This document shows, piece by piece, positions 27,390 to 39,400 of a DNA stretch of 64,000 bases. The stretch is from Acanthaster planci (Eukaryota). The stretch is from the NCBI RefSeq assembly GCF_001949145.1, contig NW_019091361.1, positions 620,001 through 684,000 on the forward strand, written 5' to 3'. The position numbers and the translations under genes are program-made. How positions within the stretch are numbered: the first letter of the stretch is position 1; every line of letters starts with the position of its first letter. The notes under the pieces are model-generated. The model had not been told where the DNA came from, did no database searches, and was given only the letters and a program-made list of their open reading frames with translations.

Positions 27390-28167
27390 CAGCGCTGTCT
27401 GGTGCCACCGAAACGGTCGCATTTGCGCCTAAAAAATGATTATATGCGACCAAATGTTTAATTCTTATCGCCACTGGTGACCATGATTTGTGCCTGTTAG
27501 TTGCCCACCTTGTCAGTCATACCGGTATTTCACAAAGGATTGCTGCCCAGTTTTCTTCTATGTGCACCAAGCGATGTGTCTCTATGATTACACGGTTCTT
27601 CTCCGTCTTACTATGTACACAGCATGAGCCCACATTAACTGCAACGTAGTTTACATGTAGGTACGGTACATACACTCACATATAGATACTAGGTACCTGA
27701 GTCGACTGGTTTGTGGTCGCACGCTGTATAGAGTGTGTATGGGGAGCAGAGATGTTTCGCGTATTCATAATGCACTGGCAGTATATGCATGCCACAATTC
27801 CAGTGCAGCAAACTTGTTTCAGTCCCAAATTTGGAGTTTGAAACCAAAGATTTCCTTGGTCCCATCCTGTCCCAGGTACCAAATACTCAAACGTGTGAGA
27901 ACAAACATGCCTTGTCTTTTCTTTCAGCTTTTTTTCATATAATTGGTTGCCATTTTTGATTTATTCCACAAGCACAAAATCCAAAGCCTGTCTGTCCTGT
28001 GGATAATTGACAGAATAATGTTTCTGTGTGTTTTGCCAGATTTTGTACATGTAACTTGTGCAGTTTGCAAATGTGTGTACCGTATGTACAAAAAATGACC
28101 TGGCGCCTAACTAGTTTTTTTCTAGGAGCCAGTGACTCCTTATTTCAATTTCCCCCGTACAGCACTG
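27390..28167. mobile_element. Non-autonomous hAT-like DNA transposon
   Basis: Short imperfect TIRs: cagcgctgtctgg on the left, and cagtgctgtacgg as the reverse complement of the right end (10/13). 8-bp flanks tgattaac (27382-27389) and ggattaac (28168-28175) match 7/8. Subterminal ggtcgca/tgcgacc/ggcgcctaa motifs, and more CpG than the surroundings. Confidence 0.7.
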
Positions 28168-29429
28168 GGATTAACTCTAATGAATATCTGGTGTTTGAAA
28201 GCTACACGTCAATAATCTTACACACACAATTGATAAAATCTTACACAAAATTCTGAAAGATTACAATAACAATGTGTGATTTTATCATTAAATCCACCAC
28301 CAAACTATTCCTGGTCAAATCTTAACCTACGGTTTTAAATGATCACAAAACAAAAAACTCATCATCACACAAAGATTGGTTCTAAATCCCACGAAACTGA
28401 CCACAGATCAAAGTGTTGGCAAATGACACTAGTCCTAAGATCGACTCATAAATAATATGATAACTTCTTTCCCCATGACTGATGGAACTGTCAAGGCAAA
28501 TCCATCCACTTCTAAACCTTTCTCTTTTTTTCTCCTGCAGTGGTCTGAGCAGTTAATGCATTTTTTTTTTTATCCCAAATGCCAGACTCGGATCCACCTC
28601 ATTAAAGGCGGCCGGGCAGCAGAGCATAGCGGGATGAAAGCCTTGCTCTGGTTGCATTCAACGCTCACCATGAGCCAAGCAAAGAGATGAAGGAGTCGAC
28701 GCAGTCAGTCCATCCGCCTGGCAAACCTGGCAAACCCAGGGACTCCACTACTGACACTAACTACAGCCACAATCAATCATTAACTTGTCATATATTGCCT
28801 GGATTGTCTTGGGCAAATTTACACAGGGTGGTCGCCTCAGGGGGGAGGGTTAGACACAGGGATAAAAAGAACCTAGAAATGTCTAACCCTTTGGCCTAGT
28901 TCCTGTTCATCATATTTAATACCAAATGGGGGATTAATACAATGGTTGGTTTGTGGTAGCAAGTTTTTATCATCCCTAGAACTTATGTGTGGTTTTGACA
29001 GCAGCTGTTATGGAGATTCCAAAACAGGGCTTTCTCCAGCATATATCATAGATGGCTATAACAGTTGAATAAACCTACATACAACTCAGAACTGATCATT
29101 AATAATTCAGCTCAAAGTTTTCATACTTACTTGTTAGCACCTGGTGCATGTAACAGCACATATTATGTAGAACATTACTGGAACTAGAGTCGATTCTTTG
29201 TGTTTCACGTCTGTCTGTTATTACTATTTTCCTTCACCCTGTTGCACTTGTCAAAAAGTCTCAGGAAAATTAACCCTTGTGTTCAAAATACAATTCACAA
29301 AGCAAATCCAAGTTTGATTTGAGTTTTATTCAACAAGCAAAGCATTCATTTAGAATAGGTTAGCAATTGTCACTGTGCTGTGCAGAATTCTCTCATTCTA
29401 CCCAGACTCTCCCCTTGCAGATTGTCACC

Positions 29430-29462
29430 TGACCTGAACTCGTTTCAGTTCACAGGAGTTCA
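29430..29462. promoter_or_regulatory. Cluster of nuclear-receptor half-sites including a DR4
   Basis: TGACCT and TGAACT at 29430-29440, and AGTTCA-cagg-AGTTCA at 29447-29462. Confidence 0.4.
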
Positions 29463-29664
29463 CAGTTCTAATGCTTAGGTGAAATGTCCAATCTCGTATC
29501 CTCCCCCCTCCCTCCAGAATGACATGCATCAGATCAATGTACCATAGCCATATGGCAAACAGCTTGATATCATTGGACCATTATGCTAAAACCATCTGTA
29601 TTTCTACTTCTTTGTAGTCTTGGACATTTTCAATCGGCCACGTCAAATATCCTTCCCTAGCAAT

Positions 29665-29679
29665 CACGCCCTCTGTCGG
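29665..29679 (-). promoter_or_regulatory. CTCF-like motif
   Basis: The minus strand reads CCGACAGAGGGCGTG. Confidence 0.4.
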
Positions 29680-30932
29680 CAAGCGTTAGTATAATCCAAC
29701 AATGGTTATTAAGGCAAGTGCTTTACGCATTTCATGTACAAGCTACAAGGTAGCTCAGTGGGGTACCTGTAAGCCAAGATTGGTGCAAGAACTGGTATCC
29801 TTGCTCGAAGGTTCCAGCCAAATGAATTACCACCAGAAAATCTCAAACAAATGGTGAAGCTGTGAGGCGCTACATGTTTGCCTCCAAAGCAATTTTAAGC
29901 AATCGATTTTTCCTAATTTGATCCCATTCCTATTTGATGATAAATCAGAACTCAGGAAGAAACAGAAGTTGGAGAGGAAGAAAAATCCCCTAAAGCCACA
30001 ATTTTGAAAAACAACGAAGTCAACAGGTACTAACAGAGGACAAAGGCACACAGGAACTCTAAACTTTCAACATGCCACTCATAAAACCACAAAGTACCTA
30101 ACCCCCCCCAAAAAATTTACGTACCAACCCAATGTGTGGATTTCCTGCCACAGTGGCAGAATTTAACAAGACCACACTGCACACAGTGGGTCAAGAAAGT
30201 GTAACCTTGCAACTTCATGTTTGCATGTTTCATCTTAATTTTCCATATATGGATACCCACCAAAGAACTGATATATTTCCACTGACATAAACACGATTGC
30301 TCCCCCGGGGACATACACACATACAATGCATAAAGTCAGGTTCCTTTTCTCAGCATCCAGCAATACACAAAGGCTATTTGAAAACAAACAGGTGCCTTGG
30401 AATTAGCTTCATGTATAATACATGCACAAGCACTGAGGATAACAGAATGGTTGGCAGCACTGTTTTGGGAACGAAATCTTGGCCCAACAGTTTGGAAATA
30501 TTTGCCAGAAAGCTACAACATGTGTCAACTGTTATTCTATGATTCTGAAAGAGGACTTTTTTGGATGATAATCTACTCATAAAGGTATTTCCCTTGAGAA
30601 AAAGGTACCAGCTGAAGAAAATTGAAACATGGAGACAAACTTACAATCAAGTTCAATACAACAGAGAGGTTTCCAAAGATCAAACTGTCTAGATTTAACA
30701 CCAATCATTGGCTACTATGAGATTTGACGCACATAGTATTCAGTAGTCACTCTACCCTCAAGGTACCCCCCCAAGAGGAAACTTTTAACAGTCACCAGAT
30801 ATAATAATATTGTTGGACCATTTGGCCTTTGCATCGTTAATCGGTCAGAGAGGAGAGATTCACCTCAAGGGTCTAGATTTCCGCTAGGAATTACCAGAGG
30901 GTCCAGACAGAGCAGTGGTGTTTATCAACATC

Positions 30933-30940
30933 TGTCAATC
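30933..30940 (-). promoter_or_regulatory. Pbx-Meis/Prep (TALE) motif
   Basis: The + strand reads ctgtcaatca around this position, which is TGATTGACAG on -, the exact consensus decamer. Confidence 0.35.
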
Positions 30941-33900
30941 ACAGACAATGAGAGGCATGCTGGAATGCCATATCCAGCAGAAATACATTCCAACAAAATA
31001 TATCACTCGTTTTTACCATCATCAAGAGGCACAAAGGCCACTGAGCTGAGACAGATATACAGCAAGGATGTGCCCATGTAAATATGGTTGTTCCACAGCT
31101 GTGGGGACCATTCACCAAGTGCATGAGAGATAATGTGAGGACCCCAAAATTGTGAGAACACTCTGAAGTCCTCTATTCCAATTTCCTCTATCCATTCATT
31201 GCAATAGTAATTAGGAGTATCTAAGACATAAGAAACGTCCAGTCACTTTCACAGATGTTTTGGCTCATACTGATAAGTGACATTCACTGGGAATTTCTGG
31301 AGAATAGCCCGTGCTTTTTGAGACAAAGGCAAGTTGCTGGAATCTGGTAGTCTGGCATGATGTGGTTATCAAACAAACTCAACACTTTGCTGTTTATCAA
31401 GATGGGCAAGTTGAACATGAAGAAGAAGATCACCGAAGGAAGAAAAGTTTGCACTGTTTCTCATTTTTCATCTGTGATTTACATTACTTGAATGAATTTT
31501 CTGAAGGTTACAAATTTATTTAAAACTGCAAATTTCCAGTACCTTAGCACAAACTGCACCAAAATACTGATAAATCCATAAAAAACAAAGGATATGTACT
31601 TGTACATCAACAAAAAACAGAAGCAATAAAAATGTTGCCACATGAGAGAAAGGGTGCTGATGTGTTATTCATTTTTTCTTAAAGTTATTTCTTAATACTT
31701 CTCCCACTAGACCCCACAATTTAAAAAACATATTTCAACAGCACAAGAAGGTATATCCAAAACTTTTGAAGTTGTTGGACTAAATACACCTGAAAGAATG
31801 AGTAGAAACTTTAAGATGTTACCTGCTGCTACAATTAGCAAAGCACTCAAAATGCACACTTAGCAACAGTGGGTTACCGGCTACGCTATATCACAATCTA
31901 CATGTATGTAGACTTGTGGTTGGTTGATAATGCAAAACTGGGCCCTGGTCATTACAGTGGTTCCCTTCTGTCTCGTCCTCTCATCTAGTGACACCTACCG
32001 GTACGGTCTGGTGAAGTCAATCACACGAAAACCCTCACAACAATAAGACACACCATAACACATACATGTTGCCAAAACATCATTATCACAGGGAAGCCCT
32101 AATCATTATGTGCATACTAATGACACTCCACAGATTTTGCTGGCCCAGGGCCTAATTTATGTGCATTTTAACGACCTTAATTTACAGAGTTGGTGTTGAG
32201 CTGAGGTGACAAGAGGACACTAATGTGGCAGCGAGGGCTGATGAGTGCATTTCAGAGTAAAATACATGAGTTACAGATGCAAGAAGCAGAACTACATATG
32301 TGAGACACATCTGCAATGACTGTCAGAAAAACCGCAGAGTTTTGACAATCAAAACTTGCACAGCTGAGAAGTCTTTTTTCCCCAACCTTTTTGAAAAGCA
32401 CTGAGCAAACAAGCAAGCAAACCTTTCAGCGTTACCTTAGTGAGAGGTAAGACATTGCAAGTGATGCCATTCTGATGTGAAATTTGACGTGAAAAGTGAC
32501 TGAACATGAACAGGGCATCTCAGTGTTGGAATAAATGAAGAGTAATCCAAGGGCTGTGTGGACATAGTTTGGGTGTTGGGTGGAAAATCAGACATGAAAC
32601 TTACTAATGTTACACATCCAACTTATTTACCTAACACATCCAACTACATTTACATTTACCCCCCAAAAATAAAAATAAATAAACATTTTAAATCAAAACA
32701 CTATTCCACCACACACAAACTTGCAAAATATGTGTTCCTTTGGGCAGATGACGAGTTAAAAAATTTTCCAAAATATCTTTGAAAGCATTCAAAAAAAGAG
32801 TCCTCTAAATCCTGGTCCATTTTTTAAAGGAAAAAAAGCGATTCTGTGACTCATTATTCAGTATAAATTTATCTGAATTGGCCTTTGTTTGGCTAGACAG
32901 ATTTGGTTTATCCATACCATTAGTGAATAGCCTGTAACTGTAAGCACTAAGCACTAGCGATAACCAAACATACTTTTTGCGATTTTGAACGACAGTATCT
33001 AAAGAAGCAGGCCAAAAACCTGGACCCAATTTAACCTTTATAAGCATAAATTTGGAAATTCTGATTCTAACAAAACATCTATAAAAGGAGCTAGTTGAAC
33101 ACAGTATTGTCTATTTAAAAAAAAACATGATATACATGCACAGTACAATTGCAAGTGCTAAAATTTTGCTAAATGTCCTGATTTTGAGTCTTTCTGAGCG
33201 TGCTTCACAAAAAAGACTCTTTGAAGTCAATCAAATTTTTATGGCATTTTATAAGCCTTACACCTAAAGAATAAATGAACATCTACAGTGAATAACAGCC
33301 ATAGATCAGTACAATGTTAGTTTATCAAATGGCTATTGTATGATCATTCTGGATTGGCTGGAGAAGTACCTGATTGTAAAATAGCTGCTGGAGATATCCA
33401 GTGTGTTTGGGGGAAGGGGGGCAGGTGCTTGGTTAATTATTGGCTAGCCAAGAGCTTTCCAGAAGTTCTTGGGGGAGCGTTAATGACCACCTATCAATCA
33501 CGTTCACACCATAGGTGTTGGTGTGTCGAGAGGGGAGGAGAGTTGATAACCATGGCTGATGGATGGTTGCCATGGAGTTGCTAGATGAGCCCTTACCAGA
33601 CCTACATATTCATTTCAATGGAGGTTTTGCGAGTGCCGCACTGTGTTTATGTACATACAGACTGAAAATGTATGCAATGACATGTGTATATCCAGGCCCT
33701 GAGGACTGCCAATCCCGGGCCATTGTAAAGGCACGGACCTTTTTGACCTGATTTACGAGAAGATGAAAAAGGGCATGAAATTAGTATTTTTTCTCTCTTC
33801 TCCATCTTTGGTCTAATTTGAAGTGAAGGTATCCCCTTACACAATCCAATAACAAGTCATCAGAACCAGACTGACTGTCCCTAATTGTAATTCCTATTGA

Positions 33901-34993
33901 AATGACCCTGGATGAGTCTGGAGACTTTCCCATATGTCCAATACTTGGACATGCAGACAAGTGTAACCAGATCAATCCTGGTAAACTAGGGAAAATAAAT
34001 ACTATTTATAATCCCATGAAGCAACATGTCGATACATCTGCAAAATTACAGATGGACTTTTTAATAATGACGAAAACTGTTTAGAGAAAACGTTAAATGA
34101 ATTTTATTAAAGAATAAAATCCAAGCTCAAAATATAAATATCCCCTCCAAAAAATGAAATGAACAGGAAAATGTTCACAGAAGGAATGAAATATTCTGTT
34201 TATTAATTTCTTTTTTTAAAAGTAATCTTAACCTGTACCAGTTACATTTAATATCCTACATATATAGGCCTATGGTGACAACTTTTGTATCTTTTATAAA
34301 CAAGTACTGTAATCCCTTCAATTTAAGGAGATTTAAATGGCTATCATTTTTTCCCATGAAGTACATGTACATCACTGACATCCACCCAACACAACCTTGT
34401 CAAATTATAGCAATTTTGATTCAATCCAAGTCCATCAGAAGTCAGAATGTGTTTTTTCACAAATCTGACTGACCAGATGCTCACAGAAATTTCAACAAGA
34501 AATGACTTCCAAATGACAAAATCATGATTTGAGTCTTCTTTTAAAATATCCACACATTAAAGTAATTGACCACCCACACAGACAACATAAGCAAATCATG
34601 AAATTTAAATTGAACAAAAGCGACTTAATTTGACTTGTGAGTGACTCGTCTTGGCAAGCTTGACACCCCACTGAGCCATCTATGAACCACTCAGGACTTC
34701 TCTGCACCACAATTAGCTTCCCAAGTCTAGTACTAACTCTGTCTGAAAATCTTTCCTCACTTTCACACTTCCACAGCAAATGTTGGTTCACCTATCCAAA
34801 ATTTTCATAATTAAACAACAATACAATATGACTGTTTACTTTTATATACCTGCATTTCATGTGCAATTACACGCATCAATTCAAAAATAAATGAGGTTGA
34901 AGTAACACATACATGTAGGTTATAAAAACAGATGAAGTCAAGCATACACTTGCACATGTAAATATGATCCAATTGGTACTAAAACGCTAAAAT

Positions 34994-35136
34994 GACCCAC
35001 CTTGTGTAAAGAATGATAATCAGAACACTGTGAACCAAGTCACTCTATCTTGAGTATATGAGATGAGAAATAATTTGTTCAGCAAGAGCAAGCAGTTGAG
35101 TATTTGTACAGTACATACCTGCAGAAAGAGAAAAAG
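34994..35136 (-). other. Candidate recursive splice site with a 118-nt cryptic RS-exon (35001-35118)
   Basis: The minus strand reads ctttttctctttctgcag|gtatgta (junction 35119/35118), then aag|gtgggt (junction 35001/35000). Confidence 0.45.
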
Positions 35137-35704
35137 TGAAGGACAACTTGAAAGATTTAGAAGTAAAATGCAAATTAATTCAGATGGACAAGACATGAGG
35201 GCATATTATTTATGTTTTTTTAAAGGGATAGATGCTATGTAGATGTACAGGGACAAATTACATAAGCAGTGTTATGGCTTGACAGGTTTGTACAGGAATG
35301 GTCCTTGGTTATATAATTATTTATGTACCTCCAAAGGACTTTTTGATCTCCAATTGAGAGCATTACCAACATCAATGGGTTTTTCAGTATGATTGTTGAT
35401 TCATTTCTCTCAGAGATAAGAATGAGCCAGTGCATGCTCAGTACAAGGCTATTCAGGAACAGCTACATATGCACGCAATAGTCTGTGCTATCAGCACAGC
35501 CACACGCTGACACATGCATGCGCTTTGTTACTGAAAGACATTGGCTTTTTGAAATACTGAACTGGCTCATTGTGGGTGTGAGGCTGAGCAGCAGAGATTA
35601 AAGGGGTTAGGTTTTCCTGAGAAATAAAAGTGAAAACTAATAAACCAATAATCAATTATACTTTAATAGAAGGTAAAGTCTGAGTTTTCAATCACAAACT
35701 TTTT

Positions 35705-35808
35705 ACGACTGAAGGCGGACAAAGACACTGACTGGAGTAGGATTTGAACCTACGACCTCCGAAACACTGTACCAGTGCTCTACCAATTGAGCTCTCCGTG
35801 TTGGTGGC
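35705..35808 (-). mobile_element. tRNA-derived SINE head / tRNA-like pseudogene fragment
   Basis: On the minus strand, the D-arm GCTC-AATTGGTA-GAGC carries an A box (35783-35793) and the T-arm GTAGG-TTCAAAT-CCTAC carries a B box GGTTCAAATCC (35740-35750). There is no proper acceptor stem or clean anticodon arm. Confidence 0.75.
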
Positions 35809-36041
35809 TCTTCTCAAACTTTTTATGGTGCATAAGTTATCACATGCACAGTACATATACATGCAGTTCAGACTGCTTTATCAGCCACTTTTTAATCTTT
35901 GAGTTGCTAACTCAGCAATTCTTGAACGAAAGCTCAACACTTTTTGTATTGGCATGAAGCAAAAATCTAAGTTTGCATAAACTCCACACTATTGTAATTT
36001 CATCCCTGAATTAAGTATTTTCTTTACATTCAAGCATAGCA

Positions 36042-36455
36042 CAAGGCTGAACCAGTAATTTTTATGTGGTATTAACCCTAACCTTCCCCAATCCTCCGAA
36101 ATCCTTCGGACAATTTTGGAGGAATTTGGAGGATTGAGGGTGAATGGTAAAGTGCACGGTTGATTGCGAAAAATGCCATGCATGAAGGTCGTGGGTTAGA
36201 CCTGGTGTTGTTTTTGCCTAGTCATGCATAAATTCAGCCCGATATTTCTTTTGAGTCAACCACACTGCTCAAGAATGCTATTCACACTGCCTCAACATAA
36301 TGACAGGAATTGCTGGAGGATTTTGAAGGATTGCGGCAGAAGGCACACCTCCAAGTAACATTTTCAAGAAATTTTTGAGGATTTCGGAGGATAGAGGGAG
36401 ATCCAATTTTTCAACCCCGAAATTGAGGGATTTTAGAGGAGTGAGGAGGGTCCCT
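36042..36455. repeat. Degenerate element with repeated GGAGGATT-like motifs, a possible old DNA transposon relic
   Basis: Exact 15-bp inverted pair atcctccgaaatcct (36091-36105) and aggatttcggaggat (36378-36392), with several ggaggatt/gaggatt copies. No TSD found. Confidence 0.4.
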
Positions 36456-39400
36456 AACAAAAAGGTTAACGTCCAGCAAATACGACTGTATATTTGAATG
36501 TTGTTTCTTTTGATCTTTGATAAAATTAACCAACACATGAAATTCCATATCAAACAGACACAGAATTATACAGAAGAACATGTCCCCTAATCTTACGACC
36601 ATCCAATTCTACTCCATCATTTATTGATTTTTTTCTTACTACTCTAGCCTTCTTTATATTTATTTGGCAGTGACTCAGGGTTCAAGCCGAGGTTACGAGT
36701 GAAATAGGGATGGATTGAGTTGTGCCATGTCTGACGGACGCCACAATTGATGACAATCATGAACTGGGACACACTCTGCCCGGCAACTACAACCATACGG
36801 TACGTGCTGCGTTGGCGTGGGACAACCATTAACGTAACAATTACATTCCGCCCTGCAAATACTCCCACAAATGGAATCAGGCTGCTTTCAAGTCCTTCAT
36901 TCCCTCACACAGCTCAGATATGTAGTTGACAACGCAATTGGACATCACTCAAACTTTAGTCACATGGTAATGAGCAAAAGGTACAAGCATGCATGATTTT
37001 TCAAACTGGAAAGAAATGAATCATGCTAATAACCCAACGGGAATGCTATAACAACCAACCACATCAAATGTTTAGGATCATTAAAACACTGCAATTTTTT
37101 TTAAATACCTGAAATTGTTTGGAAATGCAATTTCATCTAACACAAACAAGAAGGAGTTCTGTAAAGGAGACAGGTTTTGTACATCGGACAAGCAGAGTGG
37201 TTATTCCGAAGGATAGATGAAAACTGTTAAATTGAGTCAGTGTATTTCATTCAGCAGGATATGAGAGTGTGTAGATGGTTCCCTGATATTTGGGGTAATA
37301 TTGCACAATTCATGCAGCATACTAAATCTTATAAAATTGACTTGGTGTGTATAAATGCACATCTATGCCTCATGAGATAACAGACCTTGAATATATGTCG
37401 CCTTTTCAGAGTCAACAACTGCTTTTGATAACCAGGGCACACATGAACAGGCACCTTGTTAGATTATCTCTGCTGCCCCATTATTCAGACTGCATTGATT
37501 ACAGACATCCATAGTCTCCCAGTGTGCAGCTATAGTTTTATATGGATGTAACCTCTTTATACAATCTAGGTTATAATGGTTGCTGAGGCTTTGGGCTAAG
37601 TGACACACGTCATGTCCGGGGCCCTGTTAGTTGAGGCTCTGTTCGTGTTCTTTATCTTACCACCATGTCACTTTGTGTTCACTTACAGGATGAAGCTTGT
37701 TAATTAACTGAAGTGGTACTGCAGAGCTAAACGTCCAAGATCTATCAAGATGAATTGACTAGAAATCCTCTTGTGCTGGTAATAATTTATACCATACATG
37801 CAAGGAAATGTTCAGAAAATTCATTTCAAGGCTTTTATTAAACACAAATATCTATTTGTAACAGATTGAAAATTTGAAGAAAATTTCTTACCCCCATAAC
37901 TTACAACTAAATGGTTAATAAGTACATTGCATATTTCTGTGCATTAAGGATTGTGTGCTTGAAACATATTAACATGTAAATGTATCAGCGAATATGCAAA
38001 AAAGGTAAAACAGTACCACTTTCTTCCATCTATTCCTACATTAAAAATTGCTCATTATAAAGCAAAAAATTTTTAAAACCAAACCAATGAAATGTTCAAC
38101 TCAAAGTTATTTATTTCCCAAAACCAAAATGAACCCCCCCAAAAAATCAATCAAAAAGAAGTAAAAAGAAACTGAAAGAGGTAGCCTACCAGTAGGCATC
38201 TGAGACTATGATCATCAACCACATGGTTTATAAAGCACATTATATGTCCATCTTGCCACACTTCTGTGCAGATCACTCTAATCTTGATTGGATCAAGCTG
38301 GATTAGTAACACTTGTGTAAGTAATTTGTCAGGCATGATCAGCAACAGCCATCAACATTAGGTCTCACATAATTCAGTGATGACAAGACTTACAAGTTTG
38401 GCTTAGTTTTGTTGGTTTTTTTTCACCAACAGTCTTGGCTCATGTTGTACACATGCCTGTCACTACATCTTGGAAGTACAGGTAAATTCCAAAGAGTACA
38501 TCTTGGAATTCAAATTGTCATTACATTGTTCAGCTATCGGTAAATGTGCCTATCTTCATGTAGCTAATATGCTGAACTTCAACGTTAACATCAATTTCCT
38601 GTTCACATGCAAATCAGCAATACCTTTGTTATTTAGAATGGTATTGGAATCTTCGAGACAGGCATAAACTGTTTGAGTGAACAAGGAGTCTGATTCTGGC
38701 AATGAGAAAAATCATTGTAGCATTAGCCACTGGCCACATTGAAGCTCAAGAGGGCAGCATACTCTCAAACCATGCATCCGGTCAATACGACAGTTCGCTG
38801 TCTGAATAAACATGAAATAAGGGAATAAATATGTGCTTGGGCCCATCAGGAGAAATGGACACTGATAATGTTCTAAGCCAAAGGTGAGGGACATTTTCGG
38901 GATCCATTTTCCTGAACCAGAATATTTAGGACTAGTTTAGCACATGCATGTACATGTACATAAATTTATTTCCCATTCATGAATACCTTTGAGTCAGAAA
39001 GTCAAAACAAATTGAACAATTATAACTCTCCAATGACTTCATGTAAATATTTTACTTCATTTCCTCCTAGCAACCCTCCAGTTATATTATGGTGCATGCA
39101 TGTGCCTCTCACAAGTAGCCATAAATAATCTCCTTACATAGAGATGGGCACAGGTATCGCATGTACTGAGTGGGCGGCAAGGAACGCAATGAGCCTGTAT
39201 ATTGTGAATTTAGGACTTTCAAAATGTGGACTCACTGGCACAGTAGTACTGGTATTGCAAAAATACAAGTGAAGATTGTCAAGACAAGTGACCAGATTTC
39301 ATAGAGGTCTAAATTGAATCACACACTGCAAAAGTGTTTCTATCAGCCAACAAGTGCTTCATAAACCATTTAAGACCAGTCACATGATGGGCTCTCGACC

